From Pseudoalteromonas tetraodonis (lineage in GTDB: Bacteria; Pseudomonadota; Gammaproteobacteria; Enterobacterales; Alteromonadaceae): DNA of 32,000 nt. The notes beneath the pieces are model-generated. The model had not been told where the DNA came from. It saw only the letters and a program-made list of their open reading frames with translations, and did not search any database. Positions within the stretch are counted from its first letter, which is position 1. Each line of letters begins with the position of its first letter. Shown piece by piece: positions 18,081-27,519 of the stretch. The stretch is from assembly GCF_002310835.1 (NCBI RefSeq), contig NZ_CP011041.1:2160001-2192000 (forward strand), in the 5' to 3' direction. The translations under genes were made by a program, and so were the position numbers.

Positions 18081-19337
18081 TTATTCCTGATCTATACCTA
18101 ACATTTTTTTCAATTGGTTTAACTGAGCCACTTCACCTTTTTTCGCTGCATCTTGGATGGCACGGGTAGGCGCGTGCATTAAGCGATTGGTTAATTTATT
18201 GGCCAGCTCTAAAATTACTTTTTCTGCGTCTTTACCTGTATTTAGCTGACTAAGCGCCCTATCTACAAGTTCTGCTTTTGTTGTTTGTACATCATTACGG
18301 TAGTGGCGAATTAAATCCACTGAATCAAGCGAGCGCAACCACATAAAAAACTCTTTGGTGCGCTCACTAATAATAATTTGTGCTTGCTCTGCCGCTTGCT
18401 CACGAGCAGCCATGTTTTCACTAACAATGGCTTGTAAGTCATCGACCGAGTACAAGTAGGCGTCGTCGAGTTCACCGACTTGGCTTTCAATATCGCGTGG
18501 TACAGCTATATCAATAAACAGCATCGGCTTATAGCGGCGTTGTTTCAGTGCTTGCTCAACTACACCTTTACCAATAATAGGTAAAGTGCTGGCGGTGGAG
18601 CTAATCACAATATCAGCTTGATGCAAACGTTCAGGCAATTGTGCCAACGCAATAACATCGGCTGATACTTCATCGGCTAAACTGCGCGCTCTTTCTATTG
18701 TTCTGTTGGCAACTGTAATTTTTTGCGGCTCATTTTGGTATAAATGTTTTGCTACCAGCTCTATGGTTTCACCGGCACCAATGAGTAACACCTTGGTTTT
18801 ATCCAGCTTTCCATAAATATGCTTTGCTAAATTAACTGCCGCAAAGGCGACAGATACTGCACTGGCACCAATGTTGGTTTCGGTACGGACTTCTTTTGCC
18901 ACCGAAAACGTTTTTTGAAACAAACGGTCAAACGTAACGCCCACCGCATCATGGGTTTTGGCACTATTATAGGCTTGTTTTATTTGCCCTAAAATTTGTG
19001 GTTCGCCTAACACCAGCGAGTCAAGCCCACAGGCTACACGCATCAAATGATTTATTGCAGCGCTGTCTTCATGACAGTAGATATTTTTACTCAGTTCATG
19101 TTCATCTAAACCATGGAAACTGGCCAACCATTGCAACAATGTTTGGGAATTTTGCTGTGCAAGGCTACAATACACCTCAGTGCGATTACAGGTAGAGACA
19201 ATAACCGCTTCATTAAAGTCGGCATGGCCACTTAATTGTTGTAGCGCCTCTGAAATTTGCTCAGGCGAAAAGGCCACTTTTTCTCGTAATTCTACGGATG
19301 CGGTTTTGTGATTAATACCAAGTGCTATTATGGTCAT
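18081..19337 (-). CDS. hemA: Glutamyl-tRNA reductase, 418 aa
   Basis: 'MTIIALGINHKTA', catalytic 'STCNRTEVY', NADPH site 'LLIGAGETIELV'. Start set at ATG 19337 by alignment to E. coli 'MTLLALGINHKTA'; the track ORF begins 3 codons earlier at a TTG. Confidence 0.95.
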   Translation of the reverse strand: MTIIALGINHKTASVELREKVAFSPEQISEALQQLSGHADFNEAVIVSTCNRTEVYCSLAQQNSQTLLQWLASFHGLDEHELSKNIYCHEDSAAINHLMRVACGLDSLVLGEPQILGQIKQAYNSAKTHDAVGVTFDRLFQKTFSVAKEVRTETNIGASAVSVAFAAVNLAKHIYGKLDKTKVLLIGAGETIELVAKHLYQNEPQKITVANRTIERARSLADEVSADVIALAQLPERLHQADIVISSTASTLPIIGKGVVEQALKQRRYKPMLFIDIAVPRDIESQVGELDDAYLYSVDDLQAIVSENMAAREQAAEQAQIIISERTKEFFMWLRSLDSVDLIRHYRNDVQTTKAELVDRALSQLNTGKDAEKVILELANKLTNRLMHAPTRAIQDAAKKGEVAQLNQLKKMLGIDQE

Positions 19338-19399
19338 ATCTGCCAAATATTGCTGAGCCCTACTACATAGGCGGCAATTTTATCAAAAATCTCAGGAAT

Positions 19400-20008
19400 A
19401 TGGAAAGTAAGGAACAACATTTGACTCGACAATATTTGATTTTAACACTGCTATTTGTATTTTTAACCGGCTGCGTGAGTAAAAACAATTACAAAACAGA
19501 GCTTTACGAAGACTGGAAGTTACGCCTTGGCGAGCAAAAAACTTGGCAAGTAGACGGTAAACTTGCGTTTATTAGCCCAGATGAGCGCCAATCTGCCAAC
19601 TTAAATTGGCAACAAACACAAAATAGTAATCATTTAGTGTTAACCACGTTTATTGGCACACGGATTTTATCGCTTAAACAAACCGCAGTCGGCGCCGAAT
19701 TAATCTTTGATAACCAACCGTATTTTGATAGTAACGCCAGTGCACTTTTACAACGTTTAACAGGGTTTACTTTACCGGTTAATAACGCAGGCCCATGGTT
19801 AAAAGCTACCATTGACGATCACACCCTAGAAATTGATCAGTTAGGGCGTGCTAAAAGCGTGTTATGGTTTGATGATAATGGCAAAAAGTGGCAAATAAGT
19901 TACACAAGTTACGTCCAAAAATACGGTTTTTGGTTACCGAATGCTTTAACCTTAACCCATGAAAAGATTAAAATTAAAATCAAACTCTATGACTGGCAGT
20001 TTAACTAA
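19400..20008 (+). CDS. lolB: Outer-membrane lipoprotein receptor LolB, 202 aa
   Basis: Start set at ATG 19400 (AGGA upstream), giving the lipoprotein signal peptide 'MESKEQHLTRQYLILTLLFVFLTGC' with lipobox L-T-G-C. Conserved hemA / lolB-ispE-prs arrangement. Confidence 0.85.
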   Translation: MESKEQHLTRQYLILTLLFVFLTGCVSKNNYKTELYEDWKLRLGEQKTWQVDGKLAFISPDERQSANLNWQQTQNSNHLVLTTFIGTRILSLKQTAVGAELIFDNQPYFDSNASALLQRLTGFTLPVNNAGPWLKATIDDHTLEIDQLGRAKSVLWFDDNGKKWQISYTSYVQKYGFWLPNALTLTHEKIKIKIKLYDWQFN

Positions 20009-20010
20009 CT

Positions 20011-20868
20011 ATGTATACTCACTCTGAATTTTCGCTGATTGCCCCAGCCAAGCTTAATTTATTTTTACACATTAATGGCCGCCGTGATGATGGCTACCAT
20101 GAATTAGAAACTTTATTTACGTTTTTAAATTATGGTGACGAGCTCCATTTTAAACTAAGCACGGATACTCTTATAAGTATTAGCGGCGACACCAATGGCA
20201 TTGCGCTAACCGACAATTTGATTTACAAAGCGGCGTTATTATTACAAACCCACTGTAAAGTGGATATGGGTGCAAAAATAAATTTAACTAAACGCTTACC
20301 CATGGGGGGAGGTGTTGGAGGCGGTTCATCCGATGCTGCATCAACGCTTTTAGCTCTTAATACGCTTTGGAATACAGCCCTATCTTTAGATGAACTGGCT
20401 GATTTAGGCCTGAAACTCGGTGCTGATGTGCCTGTGTTCATTAAAGGTAAAAGTGCCATAGCACATGGCATTGGCGAGCAATTAGAGTACCTAGAACTGC
20501 CGCCGAAGTGGTATTGTGTTGTCTTCCCAAATCAACATGTCAGCACAGCACAAATATTTACTCACCCAGATTTAAAACGTGATACACCAAAACTTTCTGG
20601 CGACTGGCAACAGCAAATTTTAACCAACGATTGTGAGCCTTTAGTGAAAAAGCTGTGCCCCGAGGTTGAAAAAACCCTGCAGTGGTTGCTAAAATACGCC
20701 CCATCAAAGATGACCGGAACAGGTTCATGTTGTTTTGTTGAATTTGCTAGCCAAGTTCAAGCACAAGATGTACTTGCTAACCTCCCCCATACTTGGCAGG
20801 GTTTTATCGCATCCAGCGTTAGTACCTCTCCTGCTCATACGGAGTTAGCCGCCATCATTGATAAATGA
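20011..20868 (+). CDS. ispE: 4-diphosphocytidyl-2-C-methyl-D-erythritol kinase, 285 aa
   Basis: 'APAKLNLFLHINGRRDDGYHEL' and GHMP-kinase motif 'PMGGGVGGGSSDAAS'. ATG lies 2 nt after the lolB stop. Confidence 0.95.
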   Translation: MYTHSEFSLIAPAKLNLFLHINGRRDDGYHELETLFTFLNYGDELHFKLSTDTLISISGDTNGIALTDNLIYKAALLLQTHCKVDMGAKINLTKRLPMGGGVGGGSSDAASTLLALNTLWNTALSLDELADLGLKLGADVPVFIKGKSAIAHGIGEQLEYLELPPKWYCVVFPNQHVSTAQIFTHPDLKRDTPKLSGDWQQQILTNDCEPLVKKLCPEVEKTLQWLLKYAPSKMTGTGSCCFVEFASQVQAQDVLANLPHTWQGFIASSVSTSPAHTELAAIIDK

Positions 20869-20954
20869 AGTAACGTACAAGTAATCATAAGTTAACCTAC
20901 TTTGTTCACTCAATGTAAGTTAGTCCAAAAATTCAGTGCCTGAGGAACCCTACC

Positions 20955-21902
20955 GTGCCTGACATGAAGCTCTTCGCTGGTAACGCAACACCTGACCTAG
21001 CTCAAAAAGTTGCAAAACGTTTATATATTGAATTAGGCGATGCTGTTGTTGGCCGTTTTAGTGACGGTGAGATCAGTGTTCAAATTAATGAAAATGTTCG
21101 TGGCTCGGATGTTTTTATCTTGCAATCAACCTGTGCCCCTACTAACGATAACCTGATGGAACTTATCGTAATGGTTGATGCGTTACGCCGTGCATCTGCC
21201 GGTCGTATCACTGCTGTTATCCCTTATTTTGGTTATGCTCGTCAAGATCGTCGCGTACGTTCTGCCCGTGTACCAATTACAGCTAAAGTGGTTGCGGATT
21301 TCTTATCAAGTGTAGGTGTTGACCGCGTTCTTACGGTTGATTTACACGCTGAGCAAATCCAAGGCTTCTTTGATGTACCAGTGGATAACGTATTTGGTAG
21401 CCCTGTACTATTAGAAGATATGAAAAACCGCGACTTTGATGACGTGGTTGTTGTATCACCTGATATTGGTGGCGTGGTGCGTGCCCGTGCAATTGCAAAA
21501 CTATTAAACGATACCGACTTAGCAATTATCGATAAACGTCGCCCTCAAGCTAACGTTTCTCAAGTAATGCACATTATTGGTGACGTTGAAGGCCGCGATT
21601 GTATTATTGTTGATGACATGATTGATACCGGTGGTACATTGTGTAAAGCAGCTGAAGCCCTTAAAGAGCATGGTGCTAAACGTGTATTTGCTTACGCTAC
21701 TCACCCTATTCTTTCTGGTACAGCTGCAGAAAACTTACGTAACTCTGTGATTGACGAAGTGATTGTAACTGACTCAATTCCACTGTCTGACGAACTAAAA
21801 GCGCTTGATATTGTTAAAGTATTAACGCTTGCAGATATGTTAGCAGAGACTATTCGTCGCATTAGCAACGAAGAATCTATCTCGGCAATGTTTGAACACT
21901 AA
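20955..21902 (+). CDS. prs: Ribose-phosphate pyrophosphokinase, 315 aa
   Basis: Nearly identical to E. coli Prs over the whole length, including the GTG-initiated '[13 protein letters not shown]' N-terminus and the '[11 protein letters not shown]' C-terminus. Confidence 0.98.
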   Translation: MPDMKLFAGNATPDLAQKVAKRLYIELGDAVVGRFSDGEISVQINENVRGSDVFILQSTCAPTNDNLMELIVMVDALRRASAGRITAVIPYFGYARQDRRVRSARVPITAKVVADFLSSVGVDRVLTVDLHAEQIQGFFDVPVDNVFGSPVLLEDMKNRDFDDVVVVSPDIGGVVRARAIAKLLNDTDLAIIDKRRPQANVSQVMHIIGDVEGRDCIIVDDMIDTGGTLCKAAEALKEHGAKRVFAYATHPILSGTAAENLRNSVIDEVIVTDSIPLSDELKALDIVKVLTLADMLAETIRRISNEESISAMFEH

Positions 21903-21922
21903 AGTTAAACATTAATGAGTAT

Positions 21923-21947
21923 AAAAGCGCCTTTTGGCGCTTTTTTT
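21923..21947 (+). terminator. Rho-independent terminator after prs
   Basis: aaaa-GCGCC-tttt-GGCGC-ttttttt, 21 nt past the prs stop. Confidence 0.8.
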
Positions 21948-21957
21948 GTAAGCGATG

Positions 21958-21986
21958 TTTATTTTATAAACCCGCAGTGGTATGAT
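21958..21986 (+). promoter_or_regulatory. Candidate extended -10 promoter for rplY
   Basis: 'TGgTATGAT' (TGn + -10 at 21981-21986) with a weak -35 'tttatt' 17 nt upstream. Lies between the prs terminator and rplY. Sequence-only prediction. Confidence 0.4.
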
Positions 21987-22051
21987 AGCGCGCCTTTTGG
22001 CTAGGGACCTTGGTCGCAAAGGCCCTAACACTTTTAATTATTGGAGACATC

Positions 22052-22666
22052 ATGTCTAACACAACTTATACTTATGACGCTGAACTTCGCGTAGAAACTG
22101 GTACTGGTGCGAGCCGCCGCCTACGTCGCGAAGACAAAGTGCCGGCAATCCTTTATGGAGCTGATAAAGAAGCGGTATCGCTTACTTTTGCTCATAAAGA
22201 TATGATCAAAGCACAAGAAGACGAAGGCTTTTACACTCACATCCTTACATTAAATGTAGGTGGCGAGAAAGTTGAAGCAATCTTAAAAGATATCCAACGT
22301 CACCCTTTCAAGCCTAAGCTTACTCACCTTGATTTCCAACGTGTAGACGCAACTCATAAACTAGTAACTAAGGTTCCTTTACACTTCATCGGTGAAGAGA
22401 AAGTAACTAAGTTAGGTGCAACTGTTGTTCACCAGTTAACTGAAGTTGAGATTTCTTGTCTTCCTAAGTCACTTCCAGAATTCATCGAAGTAGACGTATC
22501 TGATCTTGTTGCTGGTGATTCAATCCACCTTACAGATCTTGCGTTCCCTAAAGGTGTTCAATCTGTTGAGCTTGGTAAAGGCGAAGGCCACGATCAGTCT
22601 ATCGTTACTATCAAAGCTAACAAAGCAGCTCCAACTGAAGACGACGCTTCAGACGCTGCAGAATAA
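22052..22666 (+). CDS. rplY: 50S ribosomal protein L25, long Ctc-type form, 204 aa
   Basis: 'RRLRREDKVPAILYG', 'IQRHPFKPKLTHLDFQRV', plus the C-terminal extension typical of Ctc-form L25. Start set at ATG 22052 with GGAGA Shine-Dalgarno; the track ORF begins 14 codons earlier at a TTG with no Shine-Dalgarno. Confidence 0.92.
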   Translation: MSNTTYTYDAELRVETGTGASRRLRREDKVPAILYGADKEAVSLTFAHKDMIKAQEDEGFYTHILTLNVGGEKVEAILKDIQRHPFKPKLTHLDFQRVDATHKLVTKVPLHFIGEEKVTKLGATVVHQLTEVEISCLPKSLPEFIEVDVSDLVAGDSIHLTDLAFPKGVQSVELGKGEGHDQSIVTIKANKAAPTEDDASDAAE

Positions 22667-22684
22667 TATTTAAGGTCTCGCACC

Positions 22685-23269
22685 TTGAATTCTATTCAAA
22701 TGCTTGTGGGCCTGGCTAATCCAGGCCCCGAATACGCAAATACACGCCACAACGCAGGTGCTTGGTTCATTCAAGAACTCGCTGCACGCTACAACTGCAC
22801 GCTAAAACACGACCCTAAATATCACGGCCTTACTGGCAAAGTGATTATTCAAGGCAAAGAATTCAAATTACTGATCCCCACCACTTACATGAACTTAAGT
22901 GGCAAAGCGGTGAGTAGTTTAGCCAATTTTTTTAAAATCCCCGTGGAAGACATACTTGTTGCCCATGATGAATTGGATTTAGACCCGGGCGTTGCTAAAT
23001 TAAAAAAAGGCGGGGGACATGGCGGTCATAATGGCTTAAAAGACATTATTGCAAAAATGGCAAATCAAAAAGACTTTATGCGCTTACGCATAGGTGTAGG
23101 TCATCCAGGACATCGCGAAATGGTCACCGGTTGGGTGCTTGGTAAAGCAGCCAAGGACGATCAAGAAAAAATGGATGCCGCAGTTGATGAAGCAGTTCGT
23201 TGTATGGAAATACTTGCTAAAGACGGTGTGTTAAAAGCACAAAACAGACTACATTCGTTTAAACCCTAA
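22685..23269 (+). CDS. pth: Peptidyl-tRNA hydrolase, 194 aa
   Basis: '[21 protein letters not shown]', '[10 protein letters not shown]', 'VAHDELDL', '[12 protein letters not shown]'. TTG start at 22685; ATG 22700 is the alternative. Confidence 0.95.
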   Translation: MNSIQMLVGLANPGPEYANTRHNAGAWFIQELAARYNCTLKHDPKYHGLTGKVIIQGKEFKLLIPTTYMNLSGKAVSSLANFFKIPVEDILVAHDELDLDPGVAKLKKGGGHGGHNGLKDIIAKMANQKDFMRLRIGVGHPGHREMVTGWVLGKAAKDDQEKMDAAVDEAVRCMEILAKDGVLKAQNRLHSFKP

Positions 23270-23322
23270 TTTTTGGGTATACGGTCGCACGTATTAAACG
23301 AATCTAAACAAGGTATCTTACT

Positions 23323-24414
23323 ATGGGTTTTAAATGTGGCATCGTTGGCTTGCCTAATGTTGGTAAATCAACACTTTTCAATGCATTGACTAAAGCGGGT
23401 ATTGAAGCCGCTAACTTTCCTTTTTGTACCATTGAACCTAATACAGGTGTGGTACCGGTGCCAGATCCTCGCCTAGACGAACTTGCTAAAATTGTTAACC
23501 CACAACGTATTCTTACAACCAGTATGGAATTTGTGGATATTGCAGGTTTAGTTAAAGGTGCATCGAAAGGTGAAGGCCTAGGCAATCAGTTTTTAGCAAA
23601 TATCCGTGAAACAGATGCGATTGGCCATGTAGTTCGTTGTTTTGAAGATGAAAACGTTATTCACGTAGCGGGTACTATCGACCCTGCTGACGATATTGAC
23701 GTGATCAACACCGAGCTAGTTCTTGCTGATATGGACAGTGCTGATAAAGCAATGTTCCGTAATGCAAAAAAAGCAAAAGGTGGCGATAAAGACGCTAAAG
23801 AGCAAAATGCGGTACTTGAAAAAGTAAAAGTGCATCTTGATGAAGGCTTAACTTTACGTTCTTTAGCGCTAACAAAAGAAGAAAAAGCAGCCATTGCACC
23901 TATTAACTTCTTAACTATTAAGCCAACTATGTATATTGCTAACGTGGCTGAAGACGGATTTGAAAATAACCCATTGCTAGATCGTGTCCGTGAAATAGCG
24001 GCTGCTGAAGATGCGGTTGTTGTGCCTGTGTGTGCAGCTATCGAATCTGAGCTATCTGAGCTTGACGAAGAAGACAAATTAGAGTTTATGGCTGACCTTG
24101 GTCTTGAAGAGCCAGGACTTAACCTTGTTATTCGTGGTGGCTATGAGCTACTACATTTGCAAACTTACTTTACTGCGGGTGTAAAAGAAGTACGTGCATG
24201 GACTATCCCAGTGGGTGCAACAGCGCCACAAGCAGCGGGTAAAATTCATACCGACTTTGAACGTGGCTTTATCCGCGCACAAACAATTGCTTTTGATGAC
24301 TTTATTGCATTTAAAGGTGAAAGCGGTGCAAAAGAAGCAGGTAAAATGCGCCAAGAAGGGAAAGAGTACATTGTTAAAGATGGCGATGTAATGAACTTCT
24401 TGTTCAACGTATAA
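23323..24414 (+). CDS. ychF: Ribosome-binding ATPase YchF, 363 aa
   Basis: P-loop '[18 protein letters not shown]', '[12 protein letters not shown]', C-terminal '[19 protein letters not shown]'. pth-ychF adjacency is conserved. Confidence 0.97.
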   Translation: MGFKCGIVGLPNVGKSTLFNALTKAGIEAANFPFCTIEPNTGVVPVPDPRLDELAKIVNPQRILTTSMEFVDIAGLVKGASKGEGLGNQFLANIRETDAIGHVVRCFEDENVIHVAGTIDPADDIDVINTELVLADMDSADKAMFRNAKKAKGGDKDAKEQNAVLEKVKVHLDEGLTLRSLALTKEEKAAIAPINFLTIKPTMYIANVAEDGFENNPLLDRVREIAAAEDAVVVPVCAAIESELSELDEEDKLEFMADLGLEEPGLNLVIRGGYELLHLQTYFTAGVKEVRAWTIPVGATAPQAAGKIHTDFERGFIRAQTIAFDDFIAFKGESGAKEAGKMRQEGKEYIVKDGDVMNFLFNV

Positions 24415-24455
24415 TTAAACATTGCACCACGTTAAGTGGCTCATTGTTTTTTAAA

Positions 24456-24478
24456 GGCTCGTTTTTACGAGCCTTTTT
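24456..24478 (+). terminator. Rho-independent terminator after ychF
   Basis: GGCTCG-ttttta-CGAGCC-ttttt, 42 nt past the ychF stop. Confidence 0.75.
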
Positions 24479-24668
24479 ATTTTTCAGCCGAATAAAAGTA
24501 ATAATTAGTCTACCCTTACTATAGGCTTAGAATTCTAAGGCAAAGCCAAAATTACAATACAAAGCCCACAAAGAGTGTTAAAAAAGCAACGTTTTAATTA
24601 AAAAGTAGCCGGTTAGCCTATTTTTCCTGCAAACAAACCAACTTAAGTGTTTTTTTGCAAAAAAGGTG

Positions 24669-24697
24669 TTGACGAATTTGGGGCATATCAGCATAAT
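24669..24697 (+). promoter_or_regulatory. Strong sigma70-type promoter of the tRNA operon
   Basis: -35 TTGACG (24669-24674), 17-nt spacer, -10 CATAAT (24692-24697), then the GC-rich discriminator 'acGCCCCGC'. An A/T tract 'tttttttgcaaaaaa' just upstream looks like an UP element. Lies 40 nt upstream of the first tRNA. Confidence 0.65.
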
Positions 24698-24736
24698 ACG
24701 CCCCGCACTCAGCGATGAAGTGCTAACAAAAAAGAT

Positions 24737-24813
24737 GGCTAAGTAGCTCAGCTGGTTAGAGCACATCACTCATAATGATGGGGTCACAGGTTCAAATCCC
24801 GTCTTAGCCACCA
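24737..24813 (+). tRNA. metT: tRNA-Met (CAT), elongator type
   Basis: 77 nt. Acceptor ggctaag/cttagcc, anticodon loop ctCATaa, T-loop ggttcaaatcc, encoded CCA. Close to E. coli metT/metU. Confidence 0.97.
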
Positions 24814-24878
24814 TTTATTTTTTTGTTGCTCAATGAAGAGTTTAAAATAACTACCTAGTGTTTAATTACACAAAGTAT

Positions 24879-24963
<85 letters not shown>

Positions 24964-25001
24964 TATTCTTGATAAGAATTAAAACTATCAATTGTTATTG
25001 T

Positions 25002-25076
25002 TGGGATATCGCCAAGCGGTAAGGCACCAGGTTTTGATCCTGGCATTCCCAGGTTCAAATCCTGGTATCCCAGCCA
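25002..25076 (+). tRNA. glnU: tRNA-Gln (TTG)
   Basis: 75 nt. Acceptor tgggata/tatccca, anticodon loop ttTTGat, encoded CCA. Close to E. coli glnU/glnW. Confidence 0.97.
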
Positions 25077-25081
25077 ACAAT

Positions 25082-25158
25082 GGCTAAGTAGCTCAGCTGG
25101 TTAGAGCACATCACTCATAATGATGGGGTCACAGGTTCAAATCCCGTCTTAGCCACCA
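25082..25158 (+). tRNA. metU: tRNA-Met (CAT), elongator type, copy 2
   Basis: Identical in sequence to 24737-24813. Starts only 5 nt after the preceding tRNA-Gln. Confidence 0.97.
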
Positions 25159-25253
25159 TTTCTTTTTTAGAAGTGGCTCTGCAAGAGTTAAATTGCAACT
25201 CAATGAAGAGTTTAAAATAACTACCATTTCTTTGATTAATTCAAAGTGATAAT

Positions 25254-25338
<85 letters not shown>

Positions 25339-25379
25339 TATTCTTTGATAAGAATTAAAATTATCAGCAATTTCTTAGT

Positions 25380-25454
25380 TGGGATATCGCCAAGCGGTAA
25401 GGCACCAGGTTTTGATCCTGGCATTCCCAGGTTCAAATCCTGGTATCCCAGCCA
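25380..25454 (+). tRNA. tRNA-Gln (TTG), copy 2
   Basis: Identical in sequence to 25002-25076. Confidence 0.97.
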
Positions 25455-25520
25455 ACTTCTTCTACCAAAGAATGTTGAATTAAGAAATACTCTGTTAGGA
25501 GTATAAACATAAATTTGTAT

Positions 25521-25605
<85 letters not shown>

Positions 25606-25645
25606 CATTCTTGATAAGAATTAAAATTATCAGCAATTTCTTAGT

Positions 25646-25720
25646 TGGGATATCGCCAAGCGGTAAGGCACCAGGTTTTGATCCTGGCATTCCCAGGTTC
25701 AAATCCTGGTATCCCAGCCA
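25646..25720 (+). tRNA. tRNA-Gln (TTG), copy 3
   Basis: Identical in sequence to 25002-25076. Confidence 0.97.
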
Positions 25721-25758
25721 ACTTCTTCTACCAAAGAATGTGTATAAGAATAAGAACT

Positions 25759-25843
<85 letters not shown>

Positions 25844-25882
25844 TGTTCTTAATTAGAACTAAAACTCATCCAAATTTAGAGT

Positions 25883-25957
25883 TGGGATATCGCCAAGCGG
25901 TAAGGCACCAGGTTTTGATCCTGGCATTCCCAGGTTCAAATCCTGGTATCCCAGCCA
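25883..25957 (+). tRNA. tRNA-Gln (TTG), copy 4
   Basis: Identical in sequence to 25002-25076. Confidence 0.97.
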
Positions 25958-26081
25958 ATTTGCACACATCTTTGATTGCCCCCCACACTAACTTCAAAAT
26001 CACTAATATTTTTACTTTTATAATCCAATACCACATTTTTTCAGATATAAAAAAAGACCCAAATTTGAGCCTTTTCGTCAA

Positions 26082-27263
26082 CTAACTAAGCTCACCACTT
26101 ATTGCGTATTTTAATACCCAGTTTTTTACCGGCCCTGTATTATTAGCTAACTTTAAAAATGTGCTGCGCGCCCATTTTAATGGGGCTATTTGGTTTGAGA
26201 AACCAAAGTAGCAAGCATCCATCATACTCATCATTAATAAATTAGCGTTACGACGACTACGTTCGTACTCTTTAAGCATTAGCGGGCAACCTACATCATC
26301 AGCTGTACGCAACACTTCAGCTAAGGCAGCCACATCTTGAAAGCCTAAATTAACGCCCTGTCCTGCCAGAGGATTAATGGTGTGCGCCGCATCACCCACT
26401 AAAACGAGTCGCCCTTGTGAATAATTATTAGCATGCTGCCTTGCTAGAGGAAATATAGCATGGCTTTGTACTTCAAAATCACCAGCGAGCTTGGGAAACT
26501 TTTCAATAATATGAGCTTTTAATGCGCTAGGTTGTAGGGCTTTAAATGCTTTGAGGGTATTTGCATCGTCATACCAAATTAAATTTGCATAAGGTGCTTG
26601 CATAGGTAAAAACGCAACAGGCCCTGTAGGTGTAAACTGCTGCCATGTTTTAACTTGTTGTGGTGCATCGAGCTTTATTAGCACGCCCATACAATGCTGC
26701 TGATATTGCCACCCAGTTATACCAATATTGGCTTTGCTACGTAATTGTGATTGCCCACCATCGGCTGCAATGACTAAATCAGCAGTATAGCTTTGTTCGT
26801 TATAGTGCAAGGTAATGCTATCAGGGTTTTGCTCTATTGCAGTTAAAGCCGATGAAGGATTAATCATTTCAATATTATGCTGCTCAAATTGCTGCCATAA
26901 GCTTGCTTGAATTAACTTATTCTCGATTAAATGACCTAAATGCGTGGTATTGATGGCATGGCAATCAAACAATAAATGATCGTTACCACGCTCAAAAGCT
27001 TCTAATTGCTCATAGGGAGCGAGTCTATTTTCGCGCAGCAATGGCATAGCACCAAGCTGATCAAGCAGTTTTTCCGAAAAGCGGTTAATAGCTGATACAC
27101 GTATATCAACTGCATCACTACTAAGCACTAGTGATGCATCTATTGGGTGTTTTTCAATAACACGTACGGCTTTACCTTGTTGCGCTAATTTAATAGCCAT
27201 AGCGGCACCAACCATGCCGCCGCCTACTACAATTACATTATTTTTAGCCATGTTTTTCATCAT
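26082..27263 (-). CDS. ubiF: FAD-dependent ubiquinone-biosynthesis hydroxylase (UbiH/UbiF/UbiI family; UbiF by synteny), 393 aa
   Basis: Rossmann 'VIVVGGGMVGAAMA', 'WQQFTPTGPVAFLP', 'LVGDAAHTINPLAGQGVNLGFQDV'. As in E. coli, it lies between the metT-type tRNA operon and miaB. The paralogue assignment rests on synteny only. Confidence 0.8.
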   Translation of the reverse strand: MMKNMAKNNVIVVGGGMVGAAMAIKLAQQGKAVRVIEKHPIDASLVLSSDAVDIRVSAINRFSEKLLDQLGAMPLLRENRLAPYEQLEAFERGNDHLLFDCHAINTTHLGHLIENKLIQASLWQQFEQHNIEMINPSSALTAIEQNPDSITLHYNEQSYTADLVIAADGGQSQLRSKANIGITGWQYQQHCMGVLIKLDAPQQVKTWQQFTPTGPVAFLPMQAPYANLIWYDDANTLKAFKALQPSALKAHIIEKFPKLAGDFEVQSHAIFPLARQHANNYSQGRLVLVGDAAHTINPLAGQGVNLGFQDVAALAEVLRTADDVGCPLMLKEYERSRRNANLLMMSMMDACYFGFSNQIAPLKWARSTFLKLANNTGPVKNWVLKYAISGELS

Positions 27264-27519
27264 TTTACTTCTGACTTAACTCTACTTTGATTGTATCGTA
27301 ATTAGTTTGCTCTGTGTGAGCGCTTCGCTTAATTCTCTTATTAAACCCATACTATATTGATTTCAGATCACAAACATGAAATCTATACTTGGTTTTGAGC
27401 GTGTATCCAGCTAAAATACGCGTCCTTTAAGTCGAGCAAAATTTAATAATTGCGCCACTTATACCTGTTTCTAGCACATGTTTGTGCCACTATCGAATTG
27501 AACACGAGGCTATATTTCA

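Noticed and set aside
23661-24077. Long antisense or alternative-frame ORFs listed in the track. Examples: 23661-24077(-) 138 aa Ser-rich; 30506-30943(-) 145 aa; 23304-23585(-); 1684-1956(-); 2891-3160(+); 3749-4048(+); 8595-9007(+); 9424-9762(+); 14941-15641(+); 16528-16866(+); the 17140-17988 set; 25129-26085 across the tRNAs
   Set aside because: Each lies wholly inside, and opposite to or out of frame with, a gene that has strong full-length homology, or it runs across tRNA genes. They have low-complexity or odd composition and no ribosome-binding sites. They are typical shadow ORFs.
25958-26081. tRNA-adjacent genomic-island insertion site downstream of the last tRNA-Gln
   Set aside because: There is no integrase, no duplicated tRNA 3' segment (att repeat), and no foreign-looking genes. 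The next gene is the syntenic ubiF.
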